Origin: an uncultured cyanobacterium
Lineage (GTDB): Bacteria; Cyanobacteriota; Cyanobacteriia; Cyanobacteriales; CAWUOF01
Reading direction: 5' to 3'
Length of the DNA: 64,000 nucleotides
Assembly: GCA_963744145.1 (NCBI GenBank)
Contig: CAVUSO010000001.1
Location: 1,664,001-1,728,000 of the forward strand
The position numbers and the translations under genes are program-made. This document shows, piece by piece, positions 36,918 through 47,462 of the stretch. Under the pieces are notes generated by a model, which was given only the letters and a program-made list of their open reading frames with translations, did no database searches and was not told where the DNA came from. Position 1 is the stretch's first letter. Each line of letters begins with the position of its first letter.

Positions 36918-39179
36918 ATGACTCCACCCCCACCAAACCAGCAACCCCGGACTCTGTTGGGAGTAATCACCCAAGCAGTCCAAACTGTCCAAGCGAAAGT
37001 AAATTTTTCCCAACTAGCGCTTAAACCTAACGCTAGAGTACCTGAACTTTGGGTGCAAGATGCTAATGCAGATCAAGCCGATATTTTTCCTTTGTTGGGC
37101 GATCGCTATTTACTCGGGCGTTCTTCTAAATCCTGTGATATTGTCGTTAAGAACCCGGTAGTCAGTCAGGTTCACCTTTCGATCTCACGGGATAGTCAGC
37201 GACGGAATGCACCTTTTATTATTAAAGATGAAGATTCTACCAATGGCATCTTTTTAGGTAAGCGACGGATTACCAGCTTATGTTTGCGTCATGGTGATGT
37301 ATTTACCCTTGGACCAGCAGCACTACAAGCTTCGGTTCGACTCCAATACTATAATCCACCACCTTGGTATGTACGAGTATTGACCTGGAGTTCCCTGGGT
37401 GTGGGGGGAGTGACCGGGTTACTAGCATTATGGATGATTTTCATTGAATGGCCGAAAATTCCCGTTCAACCTTTACCAAGATCAGTTCAAGGACCAGTAA
37501 TTGTTTATGCTGGGGATGAAGAAACTCCCCTCCGTTCCCCCTGCAATAATTCTCATATTGAACTAAAAAGCATTAAAGATTTTTCTCCCTATCTTCCGAA
37601 AGCTGTAGTTGCATCAGAAGATAGTCGCTTTTATTGGCATATTGGAGTTGATCCCTGGGGAATTATCCGTGCATTAGTAACTAATATTCGTGGTGGGGAA
37701 ATTCGTGAAGGTGCCAGTACCTTGACCCAGCAGTTGTCTAGAAGTTTGTTTCGCGAATATGTTGGTACTCAAGATTCAGCGGGACGAAAAATTCGTGAAG
37801 CGATCGTTTCGTTGAAATTAGAAACATTTTATAGTAAAGATGAACTGCTGCGAGCTTATCTGAATCAAGTTTATCTAGGAGTTTGTGCTTATGGATTTGA
37901 AGATGCTGCTCAGTTTTATTTTGGGAAATCAGCTAAAGATTTAGACTTGTCAGAAGCAGCTACTTTAGTCGGAGTTTTACCAGCTCCCAATCGGTTTAAT
38001 CCAGCTCTGAATTATCAGACTTCCTTAGAATTACGCGATCGGGTGATTAGTCGGATGGCAACATTGGGAATGGTAAGTGAGGAAGAAGCTCAAAGAGCCA
38101 GACGATCGCGGATTGAAATTACCCCAAAAGCTCGTCAAGAATTGCAAGGTACAATCGCACCCTATTTTTACTCTTACGTTTTCAGTGAATTAGAAGATTT
38201 ATTGCCAAATGTAGCGAGTGAAGGTAATTTTATTGTCGAAACTGCACTCGATCGTCGGATGCAATCTCAAGCAGAACTTTCGCTGCATAATGGGATTAAT
38301 AATTATGGATCGACCATGGGATTTTCCCAAGGTGCGTTGGTAACTCTAAATACTAACACGGGTGCTATTCTAGCTTTAACTGGTGGTTTAGATTACGCTC
38401 AAAGTCAGTTTAATCGAGTGACCCAAGCCAAAAGACAACCAGGTTCAACTTTTAAAATTTTTACCTATACAGCAGCGATCGAACAAGGAATCTCACCGGG
38501 AACTGCTTATTCCTGCGCTCCCTTGGATTGGGGAGGTCAAACTTTTGAGGGTTGTGAAAGTGGTAGTGGTAGTTTAAATATGTATGCGGCGATCGCTGCT
38601 TCTGAAAATGTCATTGCTTTACGAATTGCCGAAAATGTTGGTTTAAATAAAGTAGTGGAAATGGCAAGGAAAATGGGAATTAAGTCTACACTTAATCCTG
38701 TTCCCGGTTTGGTACTTGGTCAAAGTGAAGTATCAGTATTAGAGTTAACTGGTGCTTTTGCTGTGCTAGCAAATCACGGAGTACGCAATCATCCCCATTC
38801 AATTATTCGGATTCGTGATAGTAGTGATTGTCAAGATCATCATAATCCGAAAACTTGTCGAATCATTTATGAATATGACACCAATTCAGATGCAAATCAA
38901 CAAGTTATTTCTCCACAAGTAGCCGATATAATGACAAATTTACTGCAAGGTGTAGTCCGAAGTGGAACAGGTAGTGCTGCGTCGATCGGACTGGGTGATG
39001 AAGCTGGTAAAACTGGTACTACTAATAATGGAGTTGATCTGTGGTTTGTTGGTTATATTCCTAGTCGAGACTTAGTTACAGGAATTTGGTTAGGTAATGA
39101 TAATAATGCACCCACCAGTGGTTATGGTGCTAACGCTGCTCAAATTTGGGGAGATTATATGCGGAAAATTATTAAATGA
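36918..39179 (+). CDS. FHA-domain class A penicillin-binding protein
   Basis: FHA (GRS, SQVH, STNG), transglycosylase (EDSRF, GASTLTQQ), transpeptidase (STFK, SEN, KTG). Confidence 0.92.
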   Translation: MTPPPPNQQPRTLLGVITQAVQTVQAKVNFSQLALKPNARVPELWVQDANADQADIFPLLGDRYLLGRSSKSCDIVVKNPVVSQVHLSISRDSQRRNAPFIIKDEDSTNGIFLGKRRITSLCLRHGDVFTLGPAALQASVRLQYYNPPPWYVRVLTWSSLGVGGVTGLLALWMIFIEWPKIPVQPLPRSVQGPVIVYAGDEETPLRSPCNNSHIELKSIKDFSPYLPKAVVASEDSRFYWHIGVDPWGIIRALVTNIRGGEIREGASTLTQQLSRSLFREYVGTQDSAGRKIREAIVSLKLETFYSKDELLRAYLNQVYLGVCAYGFEDAAQFYFGKSAKDLDLSEAATLVGVLPAPNRFNPALNYQTSLELRDRVISRMATLGMVSEEEAQRARRSRIEITPKARQELQGTIAPYFYSYVFSELEDLLPNVASEGNFIVETALDRRMQSQAELSLHNGINNYGSTMGFSQGALVTLNTNTGAILALTGGLDYAQSQFNRVTQAKRQPGSTFKIFTYTAAIEQGISPGTAYSCAPLDWGGQTFEGCESGSGSLNMYAAIAASENVIALRIAENVGLNKVVEMARKMGIKSTLNPVPGLVLGQSEVSVLELTGAFAVLANHGVRNHPHSIIRIRDSSDCQDHHNPKTCRIIYEYDTNSDANQQVISPQVADIMTNLLQGVVRSGTGSAASIGLGDEAGKTGTTNNGVDLWFVGYIPSRDLVTGIWLGNDNNAPTSGYGANAAQIWGDYMRKIIK

Positions 39180-39231
39180 AAATATTTACGATAAATTGCC
39201 CAGGTATATCGTAATTATTTAAACAGAAAAG

Positions 39232-40431
39232 ATGAAAGAGATCAGTTCTATTATTACGGCATTTTTAGACAGTCAACACAATAGTGAACCAATATTTCTA
39301 GCAACTGTTGTTAATGTGCAAGGTTCTCACTATCGTCAACCAGGAGCGCGGATGCTCATTACATTAGCAGGTAAGATGGTAGGAACTATTAGTGGTGGTT
39401 GTCTGGAAAATGATGTCTTTCAACATACTCACTTAATGACCCATCACCAACCCATTGTTGTCACTTATAATACCAATGCTGATCAAGATATTATTTGGGG
39501 ATTGGGTTTGGGTTGTAATGGTGTGGTAGATGTGATGATTGAATGTCTTGATCAGGATGATCTATTTAATCCCTTAGCTTTTATTCATCAATGTTTCTCT
39601 GAACAAAAACCAGGTATTATGGCTACTGTTTGTAGTGTTGATGATGCTGTTGCTAAGGTGAAATTAGAAACAAGATTAATCCTTAATGCTGATGGTACTA
39701 TCAATACTAATATTGCTGAATCTAGTTTAACTCAAATCTTAATCAAAGATGTCCAATCAGCTTTTAAAAATCAATCCTCAAGATTTCATAAATACCAACT
39801 TTCGTCAAGTCAAGTTAGTGTTTTTATTGAATTTATTCAGATTCCTCCACACTTAATAATTTTTGGTGCTGGTCGCAATGCTTTACCAGTAGCAGAGTTA
39901 GCTAAAGCTTTAGGTTGGCAACTTACTATTATTGATTGTCGAGCGATCGCTGCAACTAAAGAACGTTTTTTTATGGCTGATCATGTGATTCTGACCCAGC
40001 GAGAATCTTTAGATCAACATATAATATCTATAAATGAACGTACTGTTGCTGTAGTTATGACACATAATTATCTCGATGATTTAGCAATTCTCAACCTACT
40101 GATACCAGCTAATTTAAAATATTTAGGTTGTTTAGGTTCTCAGCAACGCACCCAAAGATTATTAAATGATTTACTAGCTGAAGGAGTACAAGCAACACCA
40201 GAACAATTACAAAAATTATATGCTCCTGTTGGAATTGATATTGGTGCAGATACCCCGGAAACAATTGCATTATCTATTATCGCAGAAATTCAAGCATTCC
40301 TGACAGAGCGTCAAGGTGGTTTTTTAAAAGACCGTGCTGCACCAATTCACTACCGTAATCAGGTAAAGGAAATTAAGATCGAACAAGCAAAACTAAGTTT
40401 TATGTGTAGAGGTTTTCATGCCTATTTATAA
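39232..40431 (+). CDS. xdhC: XdhC/CoxI family molybdoenzyme maturation factor
   Basis: SGGCLE, GLGCNG, MTHNY and PVGIDIGADTPETIALSIIAEI. Confidence 0.9.
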   Translation: MKEISSIITAFLDSQHNSEPIFLATVVNVQGSHYRQPGARMLITLAGKMVGTISGGCLENDVFQHTHLMTHHQPIVVTYNTNADQDIIWGLGLGCNGVVDVMIECLDQDDLFNPLAFIHQCFSEQKPGIMATVCSVDDAVAKVKLETRLILNADGTINTNIAESSLTQILIKDVQSAFKNQSSRFHKYQLSSSQVSVFIEFIQIPPHLIIFGAGRNALPVAELAKALGWQLTIIDCRAIAATKERFFMADHVILTQRESLDQHIISINERTVAVVMTHNYLDDLAILNLLIPANLKYLGCLGSQQRTQRLLNDLLAEGVQATPEQLQKLYAPVGIDIGADTPETIALSIIAEIQAFLTERQGGFLKDRAAPIHYRNQVKEIKIEQAKLSFMCRGFHAYL

Positions 40432-40544
40432 AAAGGGGGATAGAAGTGGTCGCCAATAGCGGCCACTTCCATCCCCCTCCGTGTGAGAATGATTATTATT
40501 ATCATACGAAGCTTTTCTATATTTTATTTTCTGGAAGTCCCTTA
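40432..40544 (-). repeat. MITE/IS-end repeat, copy 1
   Basis: Ends in TATATTTTATTTTCTGGAAGTCCCTTA, the inverse of 44913-44938. Confidence 0.7.
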
Positions 40545-40619
40545 AAGGTAGTGCAGTTCTGAGTAAAACTATTTTTCCTCTGGTGCGTCCTGTCCAGGTT
40601 GTTGACCAGATTCAGAAAA

Positions 40620-40890
40620 AATTAAGTGGTCAGAACTGGTTTGTACATTTTCTTTTTACCCAAATATTGCTCGGAAATGAATCCGATTAAATTGGAATGG
40701 CAAAATCAGCAAAAAAGATGAACTATCCGGGCAATCGTTTGATGATGAATTAGACTTGGCTTATGCCGTAATTGATGCTGTTCAAGCGCGAGGAGACCGA
40801 GGAAATTATCCGACCAAACGGGTTAAATTTAAATCTCCGCCCACCGGTTAACTTTTCGTTATATACTTTAAATTTTTCCACCCACTTACT
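40620..40890 (+). mobile_element. IS630-family transposase 3' remnant
   Basis: Frameshifted LYIFFLPKYCSEMNPIKLEW / DELSGQSFDDELDLAYAVID. Confidence 0.7.
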
Positions 40891-41018
40891 TACTTACTTG
40901 AAAATAACCGCTTTTTATTTTCCTGATCATCAAGCTAGTGTGAAACAACGATGCTAATCTTAAACAATTGTATTCCCTGTAAAAATAGTATTTTTTGCGC
41001 TTACACCCCATTATATTT

Positions 41019-42362
41019 ATGAAAATAACCCTCCCTTCTCAGTATGACTTTCTTTCTCGCTTCTTGAGACTAGCTTTTATCAATGTCGTTTCCAATATCA
41101 CAGAGCCTCTAGCTGGAACAGTCAGCCTAGCGTTTCTGGGCTATCTAACCGAAATCCATCATTTAGCAGGGGTTACTCTCTCTACAACCCTGTTTAATTT
41201 CACCTATTTCATTGTCAACTTTTTACGCATGGGAACCACTGGTGTGACAGCGCAAGCAGTGGGACGGAATGACCATGAAGAGATGCTGCTGGTAGGACTG
41301 CGTAATGGTTTAATTGGACTGGGGATAGGCGCACTACTTCTATTGTTGCAACATCCTCTGCAACAGTTGTGGTTTGGGATGATGAGTGCGACGACCGAGG
41401 TTAAAGCATCAGGGATTGACTATTTTAATGCCCGAATTTGGGGAGCGCCTGCGGTTGTCGTTAATTTTGTTCTCATTGGGTGGTTTCTCGGACGGGAGAT
41501 GAGTGCTGTGGTGTTGCTGATTACCATAGTGGGTAACGTAGCTAATGTGGTGTTGGACTACCTGTTTATTGTCCACTGGGACTGGGCTAGCACGGGGGCG
41601 GGACTATCTCAAGCCCTGAGCCAGTATCTGATGTTAGTGGTAGGCATAATTTTGGCGAGTCTCAAGATTGACTGGAAGGAAGCTCGAAGTGCAGCCAAAA
41701 AGTTTTGGAATACTAGCGCATTTAAAGCAGCTTTTACCCTGAATAGCAATATCTTCATCCGGTCTTTGGCAATTATGTTCGTGGTGACCATTTTCATGGC
41801 TTTTAGTTCTGCCATGGGGACATTGATCCTGACTGAAAACGCCTTACTCTTACAAATAGCATTGCTTTGTTGCTACATTTTCGAGGGAATAGGATTTGCG
41901 ACGGAGACTTTAGGCGGAAACTTTAAAGGACAACAAGCAATGGACCGGTTATTGCCCCTATTAAAGGTTACGTTAACAAGCAGCATATTGGTGGGAATAA
42001 TCTTCAGCTTGGTGTGTGTCCTATTTCCTCAGACGGTTTTTGGGCTATTAACTAATCATGACGAAGTAAAGGAACTTTTTCCAATCTATGTTCCTTGGCT
42101 ACTTTCTGTGTTAACATTTTGGGCAGTTCTCTTGACACTGGATGGATACTTTGCCGGTTTAGCCGAAGGAGAAGCCATTCGCAACGCAGCCTTAATATCA
42201 GCAATTTTCGGATTTGCGCCCCTAGCGGTTCTGGCATGGTATTCTCATAACAACCATATCTTGTGGCTGGCTATTTCAGTATTCGGGGCAACAAGAGCGT
42301 TGGTGCTTGCGCTACATATGCTAAGACCTACCTTCCAAGAGAAATATCACTTGTTTGGCTAA
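41019..42362 (+). CDS. MATE (DinF-like) efflux transporter
   Basis: NFLRMGTTG, ARIWGAPA and LIGWFLG; about 12 TM. Confidence 0.9.
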   Translation: MKITLPSQYDFLSRFLRLAFINVVSNITEPLAGTVSLAFLGYLTEIHHLAGVTLSTTLFNFTYFIVNFLRMGTTGVTAQAVGRNDHEEMLLVGLRNGLIGLGIGALLLLLQHPLQQLWFGMMSATTEVKASGIDYFNARIWGAPAVVVNFVLIGWFLGREMSAVVLLITIVGNVANVVLDYLFIVHWDWASTGAGLSQALSQYLMLVVGIILASLKIDWKEARSAAKKFWNTSAFKAAFTLNSNIFIRSLAIMFVVTIFMAFSSAMGTLILTENALLLQIALLCCYIFEGIGFATETLGGNFKGQQAMDRLLPLLKVTLTSSILVGIIFSLVCVLFPQTVFGLLTNHDEVKELFPIYVPWLLSVLTFWAVLLTLDGYFAGLAEGEAIRNAALISAIFGFAPLAVLAWYSHNNHILWLAISVFGATRALVLALHMLRPTFQEKYHLFG

Positions 42363-42479
42363 ATCCTGAATATAAGGTCCCCAATATGTTCAACATCGGT
42401 CTTGTTTTTTAGAGGGCTGTTCTTTTTTACCATAAAACCCCCAAATTATTCCAGAGTATGGCTCTTACCGTTCTTGTCA

Positions 42480-42701
42480 CCCCTGTTTGATCAACAATTG
42501 GAACAAGCCAAACCAGCAGCAGAACAGCAGGGTATACAAATGGGACAGCGTCGCCTGCTCGAAAATCTCCTCATGTCACGTTTTGGTGACTTAGATGAGG
42601 AACTAACAGCGATCATCTCACCTTTGTTAGCGCTACCGCCCGAGGAGTTGGCTTCTGCGCTGCTTCAATTATCTCGTGAAGAATTATTATCTCGGTTTTG
42701 A
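42480..42701 (+). pseudogene. C-terminal fragment of a DUF4351/Rpn-like protein
   Basis: QQGIQMGQRRLLENLLMSRFGDLDEEL...LSREELL without a credible N-terminus. Confidence 0.55.
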
Positions 42702-43024
42702 TCGCCAAACTGAAAAGTCTGAACGCTTTTAATCAAGTTCCCATCTTTCTAGATTTTCGCTTACCAGCTTCCGTTCGATCGCTCGGATGGCTCTCTCGGC
42801 TCTGTGGTAAAAAAGTATCTTAAGCTACAAATCTTTTGGTTAATGAGGGCGGAAATGCTCGCTGTTCAGGCAATATAAGTCTTACTTATAACCATAAATC
42901 CGGGAGAGCCATAAATTTTATTACAATATTTTGATATTGTTGGGATGGATGGTGTATATATGCTATAATATCGGCAGAATTCACTTAAGATTTTAAGAAT
43001 TCATAATTCATGATAAACAGTTGA

Positions 43025-43287
43025 GTCAGTAACCCAGCCCTAAAGGGATGTAGCTCGAAAGAGCTATACTGACCAGACTCCACGGGTAGATTGATTTGAG
43101 TCAAGACGCGCCTTGAATGCGACGTAGGGGCTTGTTGTTCTTGCGCCCGTACATCACAAAAGTACACCAATCTGAACAATCCCCGTGTAATGGACAAAGA
43201 AATATTTACTGGCGGTTAAAACCGCGCTTAGTCGTTTTCCTCTCAGGTCTAAAGACGCGCTCGTTTCCCACAAACCCAAGTTTTCTT
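43025..43287 (+). mobile_element. Non-autonomous, internally deleted IscB (ISC/IS200-IS605) element
   Basis: Both ends homologous to the element at 49016-50593; followed by ATGA. Confidence 0.8.
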
Positions 43288-43436
43288 ATGAGTTTTTTGC
43301 AATAATTCTCAATTTTCTGCCCCCAGAGGACTTTTTGGCAATCTAAAGATGTTAGATGGGTTCTATATAGACAAGGTTGTTCCTAGCTTGCTTAAAAATT
43401 AAATTTGTAACCTAATGAAAATCAGGATATAAGCTT

Positions 43437-44366
43437 ATGAATAACAAATCTGAAAAAACAGGACCTAAAGTTGACTTAACCTATGACGACTATATTGGTT
43501 TAGAAACTCTTCTTTCTCTTCAAAAAACTCTTACTCCTTATCACGATGAACTTATTTTTTTGGTATATCATCAGCAGACAGAACTTTGGTTTAGCCTTAT
43601 AATTCATGAGATTAAGCGATTTATTCAGTTATTAATATCTACTGATAGTGATTTTGTAAATGCCCTGGATGCTGTTAAGCGTATTAATAGATATCTTTCT
43701 ATATTAATAAATAGTTTTGATGTTCTACTTGAAGGTATATCTACTGAAGAGTTTCTTATCTTTCGTAAAGCTTTTGGTTCTGCTAGTGGATTTCAATCAG
43801 TCCAATTCCGGATAATAGAAATTCTTATTGACCTCAAATGTGAAGATTCCGACTTTTTAAGTAAGAAAATCAATTTGCCTACTGATCCGAAAGATATAAA
43901 TCATACTCCGACAAAATCAAGTACATTCTACTGGGAGAATGCTTACCATTATCTTTCTCCAAATCAGCCAACAACCACTCTTATAAATTTCAAAAATAAG
44001 TATCAAGATTTTTTAAATGATTTATATCAAAAAGGAGAAAGAATTTCACTTATATCTGCATTTTATTATGTGGTGTCTGATCGGAAATTCGGATTAGAAG
44101 GGATAGTTGAAACTCTTGAAAAGCTATTTATAGATGGGGAAAATAAAGCTATTATTAAAATAGCTGAAGAGCTAATCAAAATGGATGATTCTATTATCCA
44201 GTGGAAACGCACACACTTAAAAGCTGTTGCTAAACACATGAGTCAAGTAAAGTATGGAACCGGTCAAACAGAATGTATGGAATACTTAAAAAAAAGTATT
44301 GTTAAAAATCACTACTTTCCAGAACTTTACTTAGCAAAAAGCAAATCTTTAGGAATTACGCATTGA
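43437..44366 (+). CDS. Tryptophan 2,3-dioxygenase family protein
   Basis: YDDYIGL..LLSLQ, HDELIF..YHQQTELWF, ASGFQS.QFR and GTG. Confidence 0.85.
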   Translation: MNNKSEKTGPKVDLTYDDYIGLETLLSLQKTLTPYHDELIFLVYHQQTELWFSLIIHEIKRFIQLLISTDSDFVNALDAVKRINRYLSILINSFDVLLEGISTEEFLIFRKAFGSASGFQSVQFRIIEILIDLKCEDSDFLSKKINLPTDPKDINHTPTKSSTFYWENAYHYLSPNQPTTTLINFKNKYQDFLNDLYQKGERISLISAFYYVVSDRKFGLEGIVETLEKLFIDGENKAIIKIAEELIKMDDSIIQWKRTHLKAVAKHMSQVKYGTGQTECMEYLKKSIVKNHYFPELYLAKSKSLGITH

Positions 44367-44380
44367 CAGAATGATAAAAT

Positions 44381-44511
44381 AGTGTAGTCGAAAATGGATA
44401 TCGTCTATAATGAGGTATGAAAAATTAGAAAAATCACTAAAGCCTCAACCGCAAAATGTAATTTGGAACATTACTGTCTATTTTTGTTATCAGAACCCAA
44501 ACGTGGCGGAT
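44381..44511 (+). mobile_element. IS701-family left end and transposase N-terminal remnant
   Basis: IRKITKASTAKCNLEHYCLFLLSEPK. Confidence 0.6.
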
Positions 44512-44521
44512 GGGGAGTATC

Positions 44522-44910
44522 TCAGCTTAATCTTTTCACATGGGTATCAACCGTAATCCCAGCATCAATATTATAGGCATAATGAAGGAGCATTGTTGTC
44601 GTCTTACGAGCTACACCTGGAAGTTTAACTAATTTTTCAATATTTGAAGGCACTTCACCATCAAATTGTTCAATTAGCATAGTGCAAGTACCTTTGATCA
44701 TTTTTGCCTTATTGCGATAAAATGTCACTGGCTTGATCACTGTTTCAATTTCGACTAACTCAGCCTGAGCTAAACTGGCAACATCGGGAAAACGACTAAA
44801 TAGTTCTGGAGTAACTTGATTAACTCGCTCATCAGTACATTGAGCTGCCATAATAATAGCGAGTAACAATTGCCAAGGTGTTTCGTAGTTGAGGGGACAA
44901 GGGGAATTTT
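44522..44910 (-). pseudogene. nth: Endonuclease III fragment (both ends lost)
   Basis: AQCTDERVN, HhH LPGVARKT and VDTHVKRLS; no Fe-S C-terminus. Confidence 0.85.
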
Positions 44911-44912
44911 GA

Positions 44913-45010
44913 TAAGGGACTTCCAGAAAATAAAATATACAAAACTTCCAGATGAGAATAATAATCGTTCTCATCCGGGGGGTGGGGAAAGCCCTTCCCC
45001 CCCTTTTTTG
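44913..45010 (+). repeat. MITE/IS-end repeat, copy 2
   Basis: TAAGGGACTTCCAGAAAATAAAATATA...; truncates nth. Confidence 0.7.
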
Positions 45011-45049
45011 TAGTAAATTCAAGAATAGTTCGATTTTGAGGTGTTTAAA

Positions 45050-45454
45050 GTGTTCATAGAATTAACTGAGGCGTTAAAAGAGTTATGAAAGGAAACTGCC
45101 AGTCAATTAAGGGGAAGAGCCAAGCGGAAATTCCTGGCCCAAACAGTCCAAAAATTAGGTTTGAGAGGAATCTGACTGGCAGAATTAGAATTAGGGTGGA
45201 ACCGCATAACTATTAATAAAGGAATTAAAGAATTAACAACGGGAATTACTTGTGTAGATAACTATTCAGGGCGAGGCAGAAAAAAATCCGAACAACATTT
45301 ACCAAATCTTTGATCGGATATTAAAAATTTAGTTGACTCTCAAAGTCAAATAGATCCAACTTTTAAAAGTGAGCGGCTATATACCCGTCTAACAGCTACT
45401 GAAGTGAGAAAGTTATTAATTGAAAAAGTTGGTTATAGTGATGAAGAATTACCA
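45050..45454 (+). mobile_element. ISAzo13-family transposase pseudogene fragment
   Basis: ELGWNR.TI.KG, SQSQIDPTFKSERLYTRLT; in-frame stops. Confidence 0.8.
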
Positions 45455-45712
45455 GGAAACGTTGATCCCCATCTCGGTCATCCTATGGTTTATGACCTAG
45501 CTACCTATCACTATCCCACCCATGCTGATATTCCCCGAATTCAAGTTACTTTTGTGGGTGAACCGGATTTTAATTTTAATTCTGCTGGTGTCCGTGGTGT
45601 TGGTGAAATTGGAATTACTGGTGTTTCAGCCGCGATCGCTAATGCGGTTTATTATGCTACAGGTAAACGGATACGTGCATTACCAATCACACCTGATCAG
45701 TTGTTAAGATAA
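45455..45712 (+). pseudogene. C-terminal fragment of xanthine dehydrogenase family molybdopterin subunit
   Basis: RGVGEIGITGVSAAIANAVYYATGKRIRALPITPD. Confidence 0.85.
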
Positions 45713-45793
45713 TATTTGGTTTATTGGTGGCATATCCGCTACCAATTAATAAGAAAATAGTTAGATTATAATCACCAGCTAACTGTGTTTTTT

Positions 45794-46594
45794 ATGAACA
45801 ATCCTACTCGTTTACCACCAAACTTTGATCTACCACTACTATCAAGGCAAAACTTGCCAACCATGTATGATTTACCCAGTGAAGATCCAGAGGAGCCAGG
45901 ATTGGCAGATATTTTTCACCTCGACCAACCACAATTTTTAGAGGTTACTTTCCAACCGGAGAACTACGATCCAGAACAAGTGTTTAGCGCGATCGACCTT
46001 TATCTTTACTATGATATTAACCACCCGAACTGGCACAAGCGCCCAGATTGGTTTGCAGTTGTCGGTGTCCCGTATTTATACGATGGCTGGGACTTGCGTT
46101 TGAGCTATGTGATGTGGCAAGAACAAGTTAGCCCCATTGTCGTAGTTGAGTTATTGTCGCCTAGTACAGAAAAAGAAGATTTAGGGCAGACCGTTAGTCA
46201 ACCGGGTTCTCCACCGACCAAATGGGAGGTTTACGAGCAAATTCTGCAAGTTCCCTACTACGTGACTTTCAGCCGCTACACTAACCTTATGCAGGCTTTC
46301 CAACTGATTGATGGTAAATATCAACCTGCGAATCTGACTGATGGACGTTTGGTAATTCCCCAAATCGGACTAAGTTTAGGTCTTTGGTACGGGTCTTATA
46401 AGAATAAATCCCGGTTGTGGTTGCGCTGGTTTACAGCTCAAGGAAATTTGATTCTTACTCCTGAAGAGAAATTGGTCGAAGCTCAACAGGAAACGATCGC
46501 AGCTAAACTGCAAGCTGATCAAGCACAACAAGAAGCTGAAAGACTAGCTGCAAAATTGCGCGAGTTGGGTGTTGATCCAAATACGTTGCTTTAA
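45794..46594 (+). CDS. Uma2 family putative endonuclease
   Basis: LPTMYDLPSEDPEEPGL, RPDWF and VELLSPST; C-terminal coiled tail. Confidence 0.88.
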   Translation: MNNPTRLPPNFDLPLLSRQNLPTMYDLPSEDPEEPGLADIFHLDQPQFLEVTFQPENYDPEQVFSAIDLYLYYDINHPNWHKRPDWFAVVGVPYLYDGWDLRLSYVMWQEQVSPIVVVELLSPSTEKEDLGQTVSQPGSPPTKWEVYEQILQVPYYVTFSRYTNLMQAFQLIDGKYQPANLTDGRLVIPQIGLSLGLWYGSYKNKSRLWLRWFTAQGNLILTPEEKLVEAQQETIAAKLQADQAQQEAERLAAKLRELGVDPNTLL

Positions 46595-46772
46595 TTACTT
46601 GGGAGCGATCGGCAGCAGATGAAGAATGTTGCCGAGAGATGGCGAAAAAATACGGTTGGCCACTGACTGAAATCGAAAAAACAGAAACTGCAATACTGTC
46701 TGTCGATTGCGTTTTCGATGGGGAAACCGAGTTTCCAAAGTCTTATTATGAGAACGAAGAGGATTAATAGAA

Positions 46773-47219
46773 ATGAGTAAGCATAAGTGTAAATGGATTC
46801 TTTTTCACGCGGAACCCAGACAACCAGGTGGGTTAGATAGGAAATATGCCCACACCGGGTCATTAACTTCCATCCTATTTGAGCATTACGATTGCTCAAA
46901 TCGGGAGTTACCTGAACCTGGTTATCGGCCACCGCAGTATATCCAAGTGCCGGAGTTTATCGACCCGAACGCACCAGGAGCAAAAACGCATTGGCGCGAT
47001 AGTGATTGGGTAGTGACTCATGTAGAAACGTTTACCCCAGATATCCCAATTAGCAGGGATTACGACATGATTGTGATTTGCTACTGCAAATACGAACCAA
47101 TCGATTCACCGCTAATCCCATTACCACCGCGCCAAGTGTCGCTTGATTCTTTTGGTGGCGACAAGGAAGCGTATAAGCAATGGCAAGAGTCTCAAAAACA
47201 ACCAGCCAGCGTCAGTTAG
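46773..47219 (+). CDS. Hypothetical protein
   Basis: 148-aa ATG ORF with protein-like composition. Confidence 0.6.
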   Translation: MSKHKCKWILFHAEPRQPGGLDRKYAHTGSLTSILFEHYDCSNRELPEPGYRPPQYIQVPEFIDPNAPGAKTHWRDSDWVVTHVETFTPDIPISRDYDMIVICYCKYEPIDSPLIPLPPRQVSLDSFGGDKEAYKQWQESQKQPASVS

Positions 47220-47462
47220 GTTGGCCACTCCCAGACCCATTGGAGTTGGGTCTGCTTTTGGGTGAAGTATTTCAAACGACAGTCCCAGCAGACGAGTGTA
47301 ATGGCCATAAGGTTAGTTTCGCAGTATCAATACTCTACACCACTAAACCAGTTATCTTCCCAGGGCAGCATGGGATAAGGGCAAATCTGTCGCGTCACAC
47401 AGCCGATCGCTGAATATTTCTTATGAGGGTAGTTGGAGCGAATGGCGATCGCCTTATTGTCC

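Noticed and set aside
41019..42362. Guanitoxin cluster implied by a GntT-like MATE
   Set aside because: No other gnt-type biosynthetic genes are nearby, and MATE homologs are widespread.
44522..45022. 166-aa ORF as an intact nth
   Set aside because: The N-terminus is read from the repeat element and the Fe-S domain is absent.
45404..45712. 102-aa ORF as a real fusion protein
   Set aside because: It is a chance in-frame junction of an ISAzo13 fragment and an xdh C-terminal fragment.
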